Origin: Alloascoidea hylecoeti
Lineage: Eukaryota
Assembly (NCBI GenBank): GCA_001600815.1
Contig: BCKZ01000001.1
Location: 229,185 to 284,847 of the forward strand
Length of the DNA: 55,663 nucleotides
Direction of reading: 5' to 3'
Below are positions 12,124 to 22,278 of the stretch, piece by piece. The notes beneath the pieces are model-generated. The model was not told where the DNA came from. It ran no database searches and was given only the letters and a program-made list of their open reading frames with translations. Numbering within the stretch: the first letter of the stretch is position 1; the number at the start of each line of letters is the position of its first letter. The translations under genes were made by a program, and so were the position numbers.

Positions 12124-13479
12124 ATGATTAGGACTCTTTGGTTATTTCTCTTCATAACTAATACTTTATGTTTCCAAAATCAAAGGAAGTATGACTTACC
12201 AACAATTCCAATTGAAATTGGTTCTCCACCTCAACTTTTGTACCCTGTATTGACTTTGCAATCACCTTATAACTCTTTTCTGGACAACTTTGCAAATGAT
12301 GGAGGGACTTGTGATGAAACCACAACACCATCATGTATAGGATATAGTTATACTGCATCTGATACATCAAAAACAGATGAGACTGGGATAGTTAAAGATA
12401 GGATTGTTACGAGATTTGGAAATCATTTAACAAGAGGTAATCTTAATATTATGATTAAAGAATCCAACAAGGCTTCAAATTCTTATTTTTCTATATCACC
12501 ACCAAATACTTTTGTTTATTTTCAGAAAGTACCAAATTTTTCGAAAACTCTACAAATGACAAAGATTAGAAACGATGGTACATATTATAATAGTGTTGGA
12601 TTGTGTTTAGGAACACCAAATTTTACCGGACCAATATCTTTTGGAGGTGTTTATGAAAAATTAATAAAGGGAAATTCTATTTCAAATTTTCAATCTGTTA
12701 ATTTTTATGGTGGGGATGAAAGATACAAAACATATAAACATGAGATGAAAAAAAAAGGTCGAAGTTATTATCTTATGGCTTCATTGAATAGATTTGAAAT
12801 TGATTTTAATTCTTCAAATTCGAATTCTTCCGAAAAAATAATCAATTTATTAAAAGAAGAGGATTTAAGAGTTAGTTTTAGAGATACAAATTATTTTCAT
12901 TTTCCAAATAACATTTTGAATAATATTTTAAAAATTTATGAAGATCCAAAAAGGGATGAAAATGGTGAATATATTGTTGATTGTGAATCTTATAAATCAT
13001 TAACAGGCAATATTACTTTTAACTTCAATGATACAAAAAAATTGATTATTCCAAGAAATGATTTTATGATCCATCCTTATAAGAACGATACTAATATTTG
13101 CTCCTTACCAATTGCTTCGACTGATGAGATTGATGATTTTCTACCACTTTATGATAATGAAGTGGTTATTGGATTTTATGTTGCGCACTGGTTTTATATT
13201 GTTTATAACTACGATAATTGGCCTGGTTCTTTCAGCTGGGCAGAACTTGACCATGGACATGAAAATGAATCATTCAATTCGAACGATTTTAAATTATTTA
13301 CTGAAAGTTGGTTTGTAAGATTTATTTTATGGCCAATTTTATATATTATATGTTTGTTGGCAATTTTTCTTGTGGCTTTATCGTTTGGTGTTGGTATATT
13401 ATGCGTCTGCGGACCGTATTTAATTAAAAGAGATACATCTGGTGAGTTTGAGGCTGATATAAATTTAAATAATTTCTAA
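12124..13479 (+). CDS. Pepsin/yapsin-like (A1 aspartic protease fold) type I membrane protein lacking catalytic DTG/DSG motifs
   Basis: Signal peptide MIRTLWLFLFITNTLC. IPIEIGSPPQLLYPVLTLQS matches I.IGTPPQ...V..DTGS without the Asp. Also GPISFGGV, GEYIVDC, ITFNF..KKLIIP, C.LPI, VVIG..YIVYNYDN, and a C-terminal hydrophobic helix. Confidence 0.75.
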   Translation: MIRTLWLFLFITNTLCFQNQRKYDLPTIPIEIGSPPQLLYPVLTLQSPYNSFLDNFANDGGTCDETTTPSCIGYSYTASDTSKTDETGIVKDRIVTRFGNHLTRGNLNIMIKESNKASNSYFSISPPNTFVYFQKVPNFSKTLQMTKIRNDGTYYNSVGLCLGTPNFTGPISFGGVYEKLIKGNSISNFQSVNFYGGDERYKTYKHEMKKKGRSYYLMASLNRFEIDFNSSNSNSSEKIINLLKEEDLRVSFRDTNYFHFPNNILNNILKIYEDPKRDENGEYIVDCESYKSLTGNITFNFNDTKKLIIPRNDFMIHPYKNDTNICSLPIASTDEIDDFLPLYDNEVVIGFYVAHWFYIVYNYDNWPGSFSWAELDHGHENESFNSNDFKLFTESWFVRFILWPILYIICLLAIFLVALSFGVGILCVCGPYLIKRDTSGEFEADINLNNF

Positions 13480-13764
13480 GAGGAACTGCCAATGTATGAG
13501 TCAATTGATCCAAATCCAACACCTTTTGATCAAAACTTACTTATATACTCACAAAACTAGTATTTGTATACTAAAGTAGTAATAAAAGGTCTCTGTCTAA
13601 TTATGATAGTATTTATTTTGGAGGTTAACGTTGGTCTTCTACAAACAACTGTGAGTTATACCTAATAGCACATAATAGTGATTACATGCATATAAATCTT
13701 GTAACTGCTTTATAATTATACGTAATTATTATATATCATAACAAAATGTATCATGCAAATCAAT

Positions 13765-15027
13765 TTATTTGAATACTTTACCATCTGCAATTTCTCTTGA
13801 TTCACCATTAATAATTAATGGTTTATCCCAAGCCCATAAATCTTCAATTAATGATTTATCTTCAGATTTAGAACCATCTAATTTAGTAAAAGAATAAGAC
13901 TCCCAATCAGGTGCAACATCAAAGGCAGGAACATAATCTTGTCCTCTAACTAAAAATGCACCAGTGATTCCATTATTATTATTTTCACCATAAACAATTA
14001 AACAACCAAATAAATATTTTGTTGATCCAGATAAACGATTGAAAAATCCACCAACTAAATTATTTGACATGAAAGTTAAAGTTAATTCATCATTATATTT
14101 ATAATCAACTTTCCATAATGACCATTCAGATGGGTCATAATTTTCCCAAAACCATGGTAAAGCACCAGAACGAGTATCTTCATTTGAATAAACACGTTTC
14201 CATTCATCTAATGGAATCTTTGATTTGCCAAGAGCTTCTAAAGGATGTTTTGGTTTTTTAGTTTNAGTATCATTTGAAGCAGGAGTGTGAGTTACNTCTT
14301 TNTTAGGGGTTTCACTCTTTGCTTGTTTAACAGGTTTACTTTTTTCTTGTGCTTGTTTTGGTTTCTTCTCCTTTTTTGGTAAAATAGGCTTTGCAGCTTC
14401 ATCTCTTAATTTATAATCTTGATAGAAAGATTTTAAAATTGGATGATTTGTAACAGTTAAGAACCATCTTGTTGTATTTGGAAATTTAGATCTCCAAGCT
14501 TTATCAAAAAACCAATCAAAACCACGTTNAANCAAAGTAACAGCAAATAAATCAGCTAAAGTAATTCTTTCACCAACTAAATAAGTAAATTCAGATAATC
14601 TTTTTTCATAAGTATTTAAAATTAAAAAATCAGAATTTTTAATTGCATCATCATGATGTTTTTTATGATATGGTGATCTACCAGCCATTGGGAAAAAAAC
14701 ACCAGCAATTGTTGGTAAAAACTCCATATTTGTTAATGATAACCATTTAATTATTTGTGCATAGTCTTCTTTTGATTCACCTAATAATTTAAATTTCAAT
14801 TCATCATGAGGAATTAAAGAAATTAAATATAAATCAATTGCAATAACTTCAGTCAATTTAAAACCTTTTGGACCAATAAAAGTTGGAAATTTATTTAAGG
14901 GGAAATATTTTGAATAAATCTCATCTTTTTCTAAGATCTTAATGTCTAGATTATAAAATTCAATAAGACTTTTTGCAAGAGTTAATCTACAAGAACCTTT
15001 TCGAGTATATAAAGTTCCAAAGACCAT
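13765..15027 (-). CDS. TEF4: Translation elongation factor 1B gamma, copy 1
   Basis: GST-like N domain (FPLNKFPTF..GFKLTEVIAI; TYLVGERITLAD) and EF1G C domain (KPKHPLEALG, LDEWKRVYSNEDT, YNDELTLTFMSNNLVGGFFNRL, FDVAPDWESY, DGKVFK). A few ambiguous bases. TEF4 and CAM1 are not separable. Confidence 0.95.
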   Translation of the reverse strand: MVFGTLYTRKGSCRLTLAKSLIEFYNLDIKILEKDEIYSKYFPLNKFPTFIGPKGFKLTEVIAIDLYLISLIPHDELKFKLLGESKEDYAQIIKWLSLTNMEFLPTIAGVFFPMAGRSPYHKKHHDDAIKNSDFLILNTYEKRLSEFTYLVGERITLADLFAVTLXXRGFDWFFDKAWRSKFPNTTRWFLTVTNHPILKSFYQDYKLRDEAAKPILPKKEKKPKQAQEKSKPVKQAKSETPXKXVTHTPASNDTXTKKPKHPLEALGKSKIPLDEWKRVYSNEDTRSGALPWFWENYDPSEWSLWKVDYKYNDELTLTFMSNNLVGGFFNRLSGSTKYLFGCLIVYGENNNNGITGAFLVRGQDYVPAFDVAPDWESYSFTKLDGSKSEDKSLIEDLWAWDKPLIINGESREIADGKVFK

Positions 15028-15789
15028 TTTTGTATAAGAAAAGAAAAAGAAGAGAAAGAAGAGAGTGGAAAATGAAAAAGATTGTGTTATGGAACGTGCA
15101 CTAATTTGAATTTTATAAAAAATTATAATATAAAAGTTTTTGAAGTCAGTATGAGTCGTAATAACAAACCATTAATATTTGTTGATGTCAATGTTATTGT
15201 AATTGATCCTGAAAATCATCCACTTTAATTCATTGCAATTGTAATGTATCTAGAGGGAGACTTAGAACCAGTTGTATTATTAGAACATAAAGAAGATTAA
15301 AAAATTGGCCTTTAACAATGATTTTTGGTGAATACCCTATGGAAGATTTGTTTCACCGGAAGCAAGATCAACAACAATATTAATTGAATCAGAGTCGTTC
15401 CACTTAATTTCGCTCACATTGCTGACTAGAATATACACCACGTGATGCAATAATATTATAGTCTATTGACTGAATATTAGGCCATATTTATTACGATTTA
15501 TTGGCTAATCCCTTTGGATATCCCAGATTCAACCATAAAGTATTATCAACCCTTTCTTTCTGAGCCACCCTTTTGCTATATAGTGACGGTGGAATTCCTG
15601 ACTTAGAACATCTCATGTGACGCGTACGTATGCCATAGGTAAATGATTATGAATAAGATTAAATACTTCTTTATTCAATGACTGTACATTTAAATTACGG
15701 ATTAATATATAGTTGGATATTTATTTGATTAAATTTGTATACACGTAAAATATGTAGCAGCAAAGCAAGATTTATCATATAAAGTAAAT

Positions 15790-15857
15790 TTATTTAAAAA
15801 CTTCACCATCGATACAATTTCTCTTGGTTCACCGCCCATAAATCTTCAATGATTTAT
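15790..15857 (-). pseudogene. Highly decayed 3' tip of an EF1B-gamma gene
   Basis: TTATTTAAAAACTTCACCATC..CAATTTCTCTTGGTTCACC/GCCCATAAATCTTCAAT matches the last codons of copy 1 with internal deletions. Its flank 15400-15790 resembles the 3' flank of copy 2 (16878-17550). Confidence 0.7.
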
Positions 15858-15896
15858 TATTGCAAAGCAAAATGTTTCTGTAGTATTCAAGATAAT

Positions 15897-16138
15897 TTAT
15901 TTAAAAACTCTACCATCTGCAATTTCTCTTTACTCACCATTAATAATTAATGGTTTATCCCAAGCCCATAAATCTTCAATTAATGATTTATCTTCAGATT
16001 TAGAACCATCTAATTTAGTAAAAGAATAAGATTCCCAATCAGGTGCAACATCAAAGGCAGGAACATAATCTTGTCCTCTAACTAAAAATGCACCAGTGAT
16101 TCCATTATTATTATTTTCACCATAAATAATTAAACAAC
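15897..16138 (-). pseudogene. 3' fragment (~80 codons) of EF1B-gamma with in-frame stop
   Basis: Near-identical to 13765-14006 (CLIIYGENNNNGITGAF...WAWDKPLIINGE*REIA), with TCA>TAA near the end and no 5' part. Confidence 0.9.
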
Positions 16139-16727
16139 TATAAGTATGGATTACAGGTGGAAAATTGGGAATTATATACCTTATAAAAAAGAATGACTAA
16201 TCACTAATACCAATAGATCAGTATAATCAGTTTATAACTTTTTATGTTAGATATTATGGTACTATAATTCTAAATATATAATTAACTTATTACTTACCTT
16301 ACTTACCTCTAAATAACCTTTTTAATGAGCTACGCGTATTATAATTAAACTATATATGATATGGATTAAAATCAAAAATTATGACTCACTTTTTAAAAGA
16401 TTAGAAAAGAATTTAAAAAATATAAGGCCGTGTATATTTATAGATCGTCAAGTGGAATAGCTGGTTATACAGATGCTCTATCATAGTAATTAGCTTGTTA
16501 AGGAGAACCGCCGGCTGTACATGTAGTTTGTAAACAATTTAATCAGTTGTATATAAGATGTATTCTCTCGTATTTCTCATTTGTTGTTATTAATATCTGC
16601 TTAAAACGGTGTAAAATAGAATTAACTCGCATCTAGTCTAGATATATATATATCAATTGACTATAAGCAGTCAACATTCAAAAATTAGTGTACTATTAAC
16701 AGCGGAGTCACTTTTGCTTTTCCCCCC

Positions 16728-16862
16728 AGTTCGCTCCAATATCTCATCTTCCTGAAACACCAAAAGATGTTGATTTATTTTTAACCTATTACATTCATTA
16801 AGGAAGATCTGGAAACGGTGAAATCTGTTCCAATCTTGTTACGGGATATTTTAAAGGTTCTT
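16728..16862. repeat. ~130-bp dispersed repeat, copy 2
   Basis: Aligns with 11750-11880. Confidence 0.75.
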
Positions 16863-16959
16863 TAACGGTACCAGATCCACTTAATTTCGCTCACGTGGCG
16901 ATTACAATTTTGGAATTATTGATCAATCCTTATTGCCCATATAGAATTTTTTTTTTGAG

Positions 16960-17050
16960 CTAAATATTCATCCTCTGTGAAAAAATATTAGACCACCTTC
17001 CAAACTAAATATTCGGCCACTTGATGCTCCATTATTAATATTAAGCCATG
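16960..17050 (-). repeat. Short array (4 units) of the ~24-bp GGCCGAATATTT family
   Basis: TAAATATTCATCC, AAATATTAGACCAC, TAAATATTCGGCCAC (17006-17020), TAATATTAAGCCAT. Confidence 0.6.
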
Positions 17051-17551
17051 TGTGCTTTACCATTATCAATCTATCTTACCTTGCTAATATAATCAAGAAA
17101 AATAATATCATAGTAGGACAAGCAGAATTACAAACACAAATACAAACATTAACAAAAATACAAACTATTACGAAGACATACATGTATAATATTGGGTCAT
17201 ACGGATTATGAATTATTGGCCACTCCCTTTGGATCTTTCAACGCTATCTCCAGATCCAATTCCGTCATCAATATACAGATCACTAACCTATACCGGTATA
17301 GCTAGGCCTAGCGCTACCTTTCTTGAGGCAACCTTTTACAGCTAACAGTGAATTTACTAAACGACTTGCAACACCTCATGCACGGTATAGGTATAATAAC
17401 CTTACACGAGTAAGGATAATATTACTCTTTCTTTATTGAATGACCGTATATATCTATAACTGGATAAGTTTTATTTGATTAAATTTATATAGTATGTAAC
17501 AATAAAGCAATTACATGATATTATAACAAAATGTATCATGTAAAAATCAGT

Positions 17552-18909
17552 TTATTTGAAAACTTTACCATCTGCAATTTCTCTTGATTCACCATTAATA
17601 ATTAATGGTTTATCCCAAGCCCATAAATCTTCAATTAATGATTTATCTTCAGATTTNNNNNNNNNNNNNNNNNNNNNNNNNNNNNNNNNNNNNNNNNNNN
17701 NNNNNNNNNNNNNNNNNNNNNNNNNNNNNNNNNNNNNNNNNNNNNNNNNNNNNNNNNNNNNNNNNNNNNNNNNNNNNNNNNNNNNNNNNNNNNNNNNNNN
17801 NNNNNNNNNNNNNNNNNNNNNNNNNNNNNNNNNNNNNNNNNNNNNNNNNNNNNNNNNNNNNNNNNNNNNNNNNNNNNNNNNNNNNNNNNNNNNNNNNNNN
17901 NNNNNNNNNNNNNNNNNNNNNNNNNNNNNNNNNNNNNNNNNNNNNNNNNNNNNNNNNNNNNNNNNNNNNNNNNNNNNNNNNNNNNNNNNNNNNNNNNNNN
18001 NNNNNNNNNNNNNNNNNNNNNNNNNNNNNNNNNNNNNNNNNNNNNNNNNNNNNNNNNNNNNNNNNNNNNNNNNNNNNNNNNNNNNNNNNNNNNNNNNNNN
18101 NNNNNNNNNNNNNNNNNNNNNNNNNNNNNNNNNNNNNNNNNNNNNNNNNNNNNNNNNNNNNNNNNNNNNNNNNNNNNNNNNNNNNNNNNNNNNNNNNNNN
18201 NNNNNNNNNNNNNNNNNNNNNNNNNNNNNNNNNNNNNNNNNNNNNNNNNNNNNNNNNNNNNNNNNNNNNNNNNNNNNNNNNNNNNNNNNNNNNNNNNNNN
18301 NNNNNNNNNNNNNNNNNNNNNNNNNNNNNNNNNNNNNNNNNNNNNNNNNNNNNNNNNNNNNNNNNNNNNNNNNNNNNNNNNNNNNNNNNNNNNNNNNNNN
18401 NNNNNNNNNNNNNNNNNNNNNNNNNNNNNNNNNNNNTCAGCTAAAGTAATTCTTTCACCAACTAAATAAGTAAATTCAGATAATCTTTTTTCATAAGTAT
18501 TTAAAATTAAAAAATCAGAATTTTTAATTGCGTCATCATGATGTTTTTTATGATATGGTGATCTACCAGCTAATGGTAAAAAAACACCAGCAATTGTTGG
18601 TAATAATTCTGAATTGGTTAATGATAACCATCTAATAACTTGTGCATAATCTTCTTTTGAACCACCTAATAATTTATATTTTAATTGATCTTGAGGAATT
18701 AAAGAAATTAAATATAAATCAATTGCAATAACTTCAGTCAATTTAAAACCTTTTGGTCCAAGAAAAGTTGGAACTTTGTTTAATGGGAAATTTTTAGAAT
18801 AGGTATCATCACGATCAGAGATCTTAATATCTAAATCATAGAATTTAATGAGTGCTTTTGCAAGAGTTCCTCTACAAGAACCGTTAACGTAAAAAGTTCC
18901 AATTGACAT
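17552..18909 (-). CDS. TEF4: Translation elongation factor 1B gamma, copy 2 (spans assembly gap)
   Basis: N-terminus MSIGTFYVNGSCRGTL...TYLVGERITLA lies right of the gap. The C-terminus (..IEDLWAWDKPLIINGESREIADGKVFK*) lies left of it, with the stop at 17552-17554. The middle is unsequenced. Confidence 0.85.
17657..18436. other. Assembly gap (780 N)
   Basis: Run of N; both edges fall in sequence identical to EF1B-gamma copy 1. Confidence 0.99.
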
Positions 18910-19159
18910 TTTCGTGATGAAAAAAAGAAGAGAAAAATCTCAGAAAGATCAACGTGCGGATTGCGTTATTGAACGTGTTCGCCCCGTGTCTGTATATACG
19001 CTGTATTACAGATGTCCTGCGTACATTATGGAACATATCTGAATGTACGGATGTTTGCACATGCACTTGAAATTAAAATCACGTGAATGGCGTCTCCCCA
19101 CACCGCAGACATCGATAATCCTCCTTCTCTCTACAATCCTCATCTTCACCACTTCAGAA

Positions 19160-20419
19160 ATGTCACTCTTCGCTACGGTTGCTACGGCTCCTCCAGATCC
19201 TTTGTTTAGTCTTATGGCAAAGTATAAAAAAGATACTTTTGCTAAGAAAGTCGACTTAGGCGTTGGAGCTTATAGAGATAACACCGGCAATCCCTGGATT
19301 CTAAATTCAGTCAAGGAAGCCGAAGAACAATTATCAAAAGATCCTAATAACAATCATGAATATTTGCCTATTGCTGGCTTATCAAATTTAATCGATTCTG
19401 CTGCTGCAAAACTTGTTTTTGGTAAAAATTTACCTGAAAACAGAGTCACTGTTCAATCCTTAAGTGGTACCGGTGCTTTGCATTTGGCCGCCGGGTTTTT
19501 ATCAAAATTTTTACCGTTAAATTCTAAAAATGAGAAACCAAAGGTTTATGTTTCTGATCCAACTTGGGCAAACCATTGGCAAATCTTTGAAAACGTTGGT
19601 TTTAAAGTCGATTCTTACCCTTATTGGGATGCCGTTAATTTAGCATTAAATTTTGATGGTTATACTAAAAAATTAAATTCTATTGATGATGGTTCAATTA
19701 TTGTTTTACATACTTGTGCTCATAATCCAACCGGTATCGATTTAACTCACCAACAATGGGAAATTTTATATAAAATTTTCATTAAAAAAAATTTATTTCC
19801 AATCTTTGATACTGCTTATCAAGGTTTTGCGACTGGTTCTTTAGAAAATGATGCATGGCCAATTCATTATTTTTTAAACCAAAGTAAAAAAGATAATAAA
19901 AATATTGAATTAATTGTTTGTCAATCATTTGCAAAAAATTTTGGATTATATGGTGAAAGAGCTGGTACAATTCATTTAATTGTAAATTCAAATTCAATTA
20001 ATGCTGTTAAATCACAAATGGCAATTTTACAAAGATCAGAAATTTCAAATCCTCCTTCATATGGTGCAAAAATTGTTTCAAAAATTTTAAATGATGAAAA
20101 TTTATATAATTTATGGTTAAATGATTTAAAAATAATGTCTTCAAGAATTAAATCAAATCGTGAAAATTTAAGAAATTATTTGGAAAAATTGAATACTCCT
20201 GGGAAATGGGATCATATAACAAGACAAGTTGGTATGTTCAGTTTTACTGGTCTTTCTCCTGATTTGGTTGATAAATTAATTAATAAATATCATATTTATT
20301 TATCTAAAAATGGAAGAATTTCAATGGCTGGTTTAAATGATGGTAATATTGAATATGTTGCAAAATCAATTGATAGTGTTATTAGAGAAAAGTTAGAAAC
20401 AAGACAATCTCATTTATAA
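19160..20419 (+). CDS. AAT2: Cytosolic/peroxisomal aspartate aminotransferase
   Basis: APPDPLF, KVDLGVGAYRD, QSLSGTGAL, HTCAHNPTG, DTAYQGFA, PLP-lysine motif QSFAKNFGLYGER, GRISMAG; C-terminal SHL (PTS1-like). Start placed at GAAATG (19160) rather than 19043. Confidence 0.95.
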   Translation: MSLFATVATAPPDPLFSLMAKYKKDTFAKKVDLGVGAYRDNTGNPWILNSVKEAEEQLSKDPNNNHEYLPIAGLSNLIDSAAAKLVFGKNLPENRVTVQSLSGTGALHLAAGFLSKFLPLNSKNEKPKVYVSDPTWANHWQIFENVGFKVDSYPYWDAVNLALNFDGYTKKLNSIDDGSIIVLHTCAHNPTGIDLTHQQWEILYKIFIKKNLFPIFDTAYQGFATGSLENDAWPIHYFLNQSKKDNKNIELIVCQSFAKNFGLYGERAGTIHLIVNSNSINAVKSQMAILQRSEISNPPSYGAKIVSKILNDENLYNLWLNDLKIMSSRIKSNRENLRNYLEKLNTPGKWDHITRQVGMFSFTGLSPDLVDKLINKYHIYLSKNGRISMAGLNDGNIEYVAKSIDSVIREKLETRQSHL

Positions 20420-20481
20420 ATGATAAATCTTTTTGGTATTATAAATAGAAATAATTAGATTAAATAAATAAAATGGTATAG

Positions 20482-20542
20482 CTTTCTTTATCCTTTTATC
20501 TTTTTTTTATCCTTTTATCTTTTTTTTATCCTTTTTTATCCT
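20482..20542. repeat. Low-complexity (T)nATC(C) repeat
   Basis: Several TTTTATCC/TTTTATCT units downstream of AAT2. Confidence 0.6.
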
Positions 20543-20989
20543 CATTTAAAGTAAAATTTGGAGAAGAATTTTTTTTAAAAAAATCTTTAAATTTATATTT
20601 CCTTTATCCTCCTCTATTGATGAAAATGAAGTTGATTGAATGAATTCGAATTCGAGGAGAACTCTCGCTTTTTATATCATATAGAATTTATTTAAAATAT
20701 TACAATAATTACAAGTTATTATACATCATTATTTTAATTTTGAATAAAAACAATATTAATAGACCTATAAGATTTAAGTCCAGGGGTGCACGTGCAGAAG
20801 TGATTGAAAACAACAAATGAACTTTGATTATGGTTTCGGAACACGACGGAATCATCTAAATGCATTTGGGTAACTAGCTAATTATGATTATCATTATTTA
20901 GCTCTCTCCTCATTATAGAGTTATATACCATAAAAGACGGCAGTACTCGGATGAGTTGACATATTATAAGTTATACCACAACATTCTTC

Positions 20990-22278
20990 TGTTGCATCCA
21001 CAAAACACAAACCCAGCAGCAAAGATGAATTAGTATAAAGATTTAAATCTGCTTAATCTCATTATTCTGATGATATTTGTTAAATATTTTCTTTTTGTAA
21101 TTCTTTCTCTGTGAGAGTTTTTCGAAAATTAAGCGCGCGTCGAGATCCATCCATAAAACGCAATTTTTCGTTATCTCTCGATTGGTTAACGTTGGAAGTT
21201 GACATATGTGACTCTTCTATGATCAACGAATATTGTAGATGTTTTCTTAGAGTAGTTATAGTAATGTAGTGCGAGAATTAAGAATATCTAAATTCTGGAT
21301 CATCAAACTCATACTATCAACTATAGAGACAAGACATGAAGACATAGGCCATATCGTATCTGAAAGTTGCAAACGAATTTGGTATTTTAAAATCTGCAAT
21401 CTTTGTTTTTGTGTACAAATAGTCGTGGTGCCAATTTAGATCGTTTTCTTGAGTTAGTTGATGAAATTGTAGAGCTCGTGAAAAAAATCCGTCTCAAAAA
21501 TTCCCAACAAGGAACGTAATAGCAGAATATTATTGTTCGATTCTACAAAATATCAAATACTAATTATTTCAAGACACTTTACACTCTTCTATAAAGGAAC
21601 AAAAAAACTTGATACTTGTAACAAATCTCATCACTCACCAGCATCAAAAAAAGTATTTTGTTACAATATATGAGGAGACAAGAGTAAAGACTGTAACCCT
21701 TAAAAATATTCTTTCTCGATTTTCAACGACTGGAATATGGCTTTTTGACCCTTAGAAGATTTTACATAACTTTAGGTCAAAACTAGGAAAAAGTAACAAA
21801 AACGAGTAAGGAAAAATTCTTTTTAGATGAAGATTTCGCTGAAGGATTGAATCTCCAGAGTTTGTGAAAGAAGTTTCGAAATGTGAATAGAGAAGTTAAA
21901 AACATATGCTATACCGGTATCTGATGATGAATTGCACTAGGACAAATCAGATCAAGGGGGACACAACAAGCTTTATTATCTCATATTTTCACCGCAATTC
22001 TCGAAGATCTCTTAAAAACTAATCGAAGTGTAATTCAGATATCTAAGAGATGGAAAGCCCTGATTACATATAATTCCCAAGAGATAACAAAGAAAAATAT
22101 GTCTCGGGTTATTGAGCTTAATATGTTAACTCGTGGAAGAAATCTTACATTACAAAAGTAAAATACAAAAAGAAAAAATTAAAAAATATTATCAAAATAG
22201 TGATATTAAGGAGATTTTAGCTAGTGATAATATATATAATAATATATGTTGCTGGCTTTGTGATTTGTGGTCGCAACA
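20990..22278 (+). mobile_element. Degenerate, internally deleted pogo/Fot1-like (Tc1/mariner superfamily) DNA transposon
   Basis: 32-bp imperfect TIRs at 20990-21021 (TGTTGCATCCACAAAACACAAACCCAGCAGCA) and 22247-22278 (27/32 match), with TA on the right flank. Internal peptides: KVANEFGILKSAI (psq-like HTH, 21363) and KKYFVTIYEETRVKTVTLKNILSRFSTTGIWLFDP*KIL (~21650-21770), resembling the NI.S.F..TGI.P.DP motif of fungal pogo transposases. Confidence 0.75.

Noticed and set aside
14265..14532. Possible disruption of EF1B-gamma copy 1 at N bases
   Set aside because: The frame stays open. The Ns most likely mark differences between collapsed copies.
17556..18449. Plus-strand ORFs of 297 and 279 aa
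   Set aside because: Artefacts of translating through the N gap; antisense to EF1B-gamma.
19043..19159. 39-aa N-terminal extension of AAT2
   Set aside because: Covers promoter-like sequence (TCACGTG, pyrimidine-rich leader). Homology begins at the ATG at 19160.
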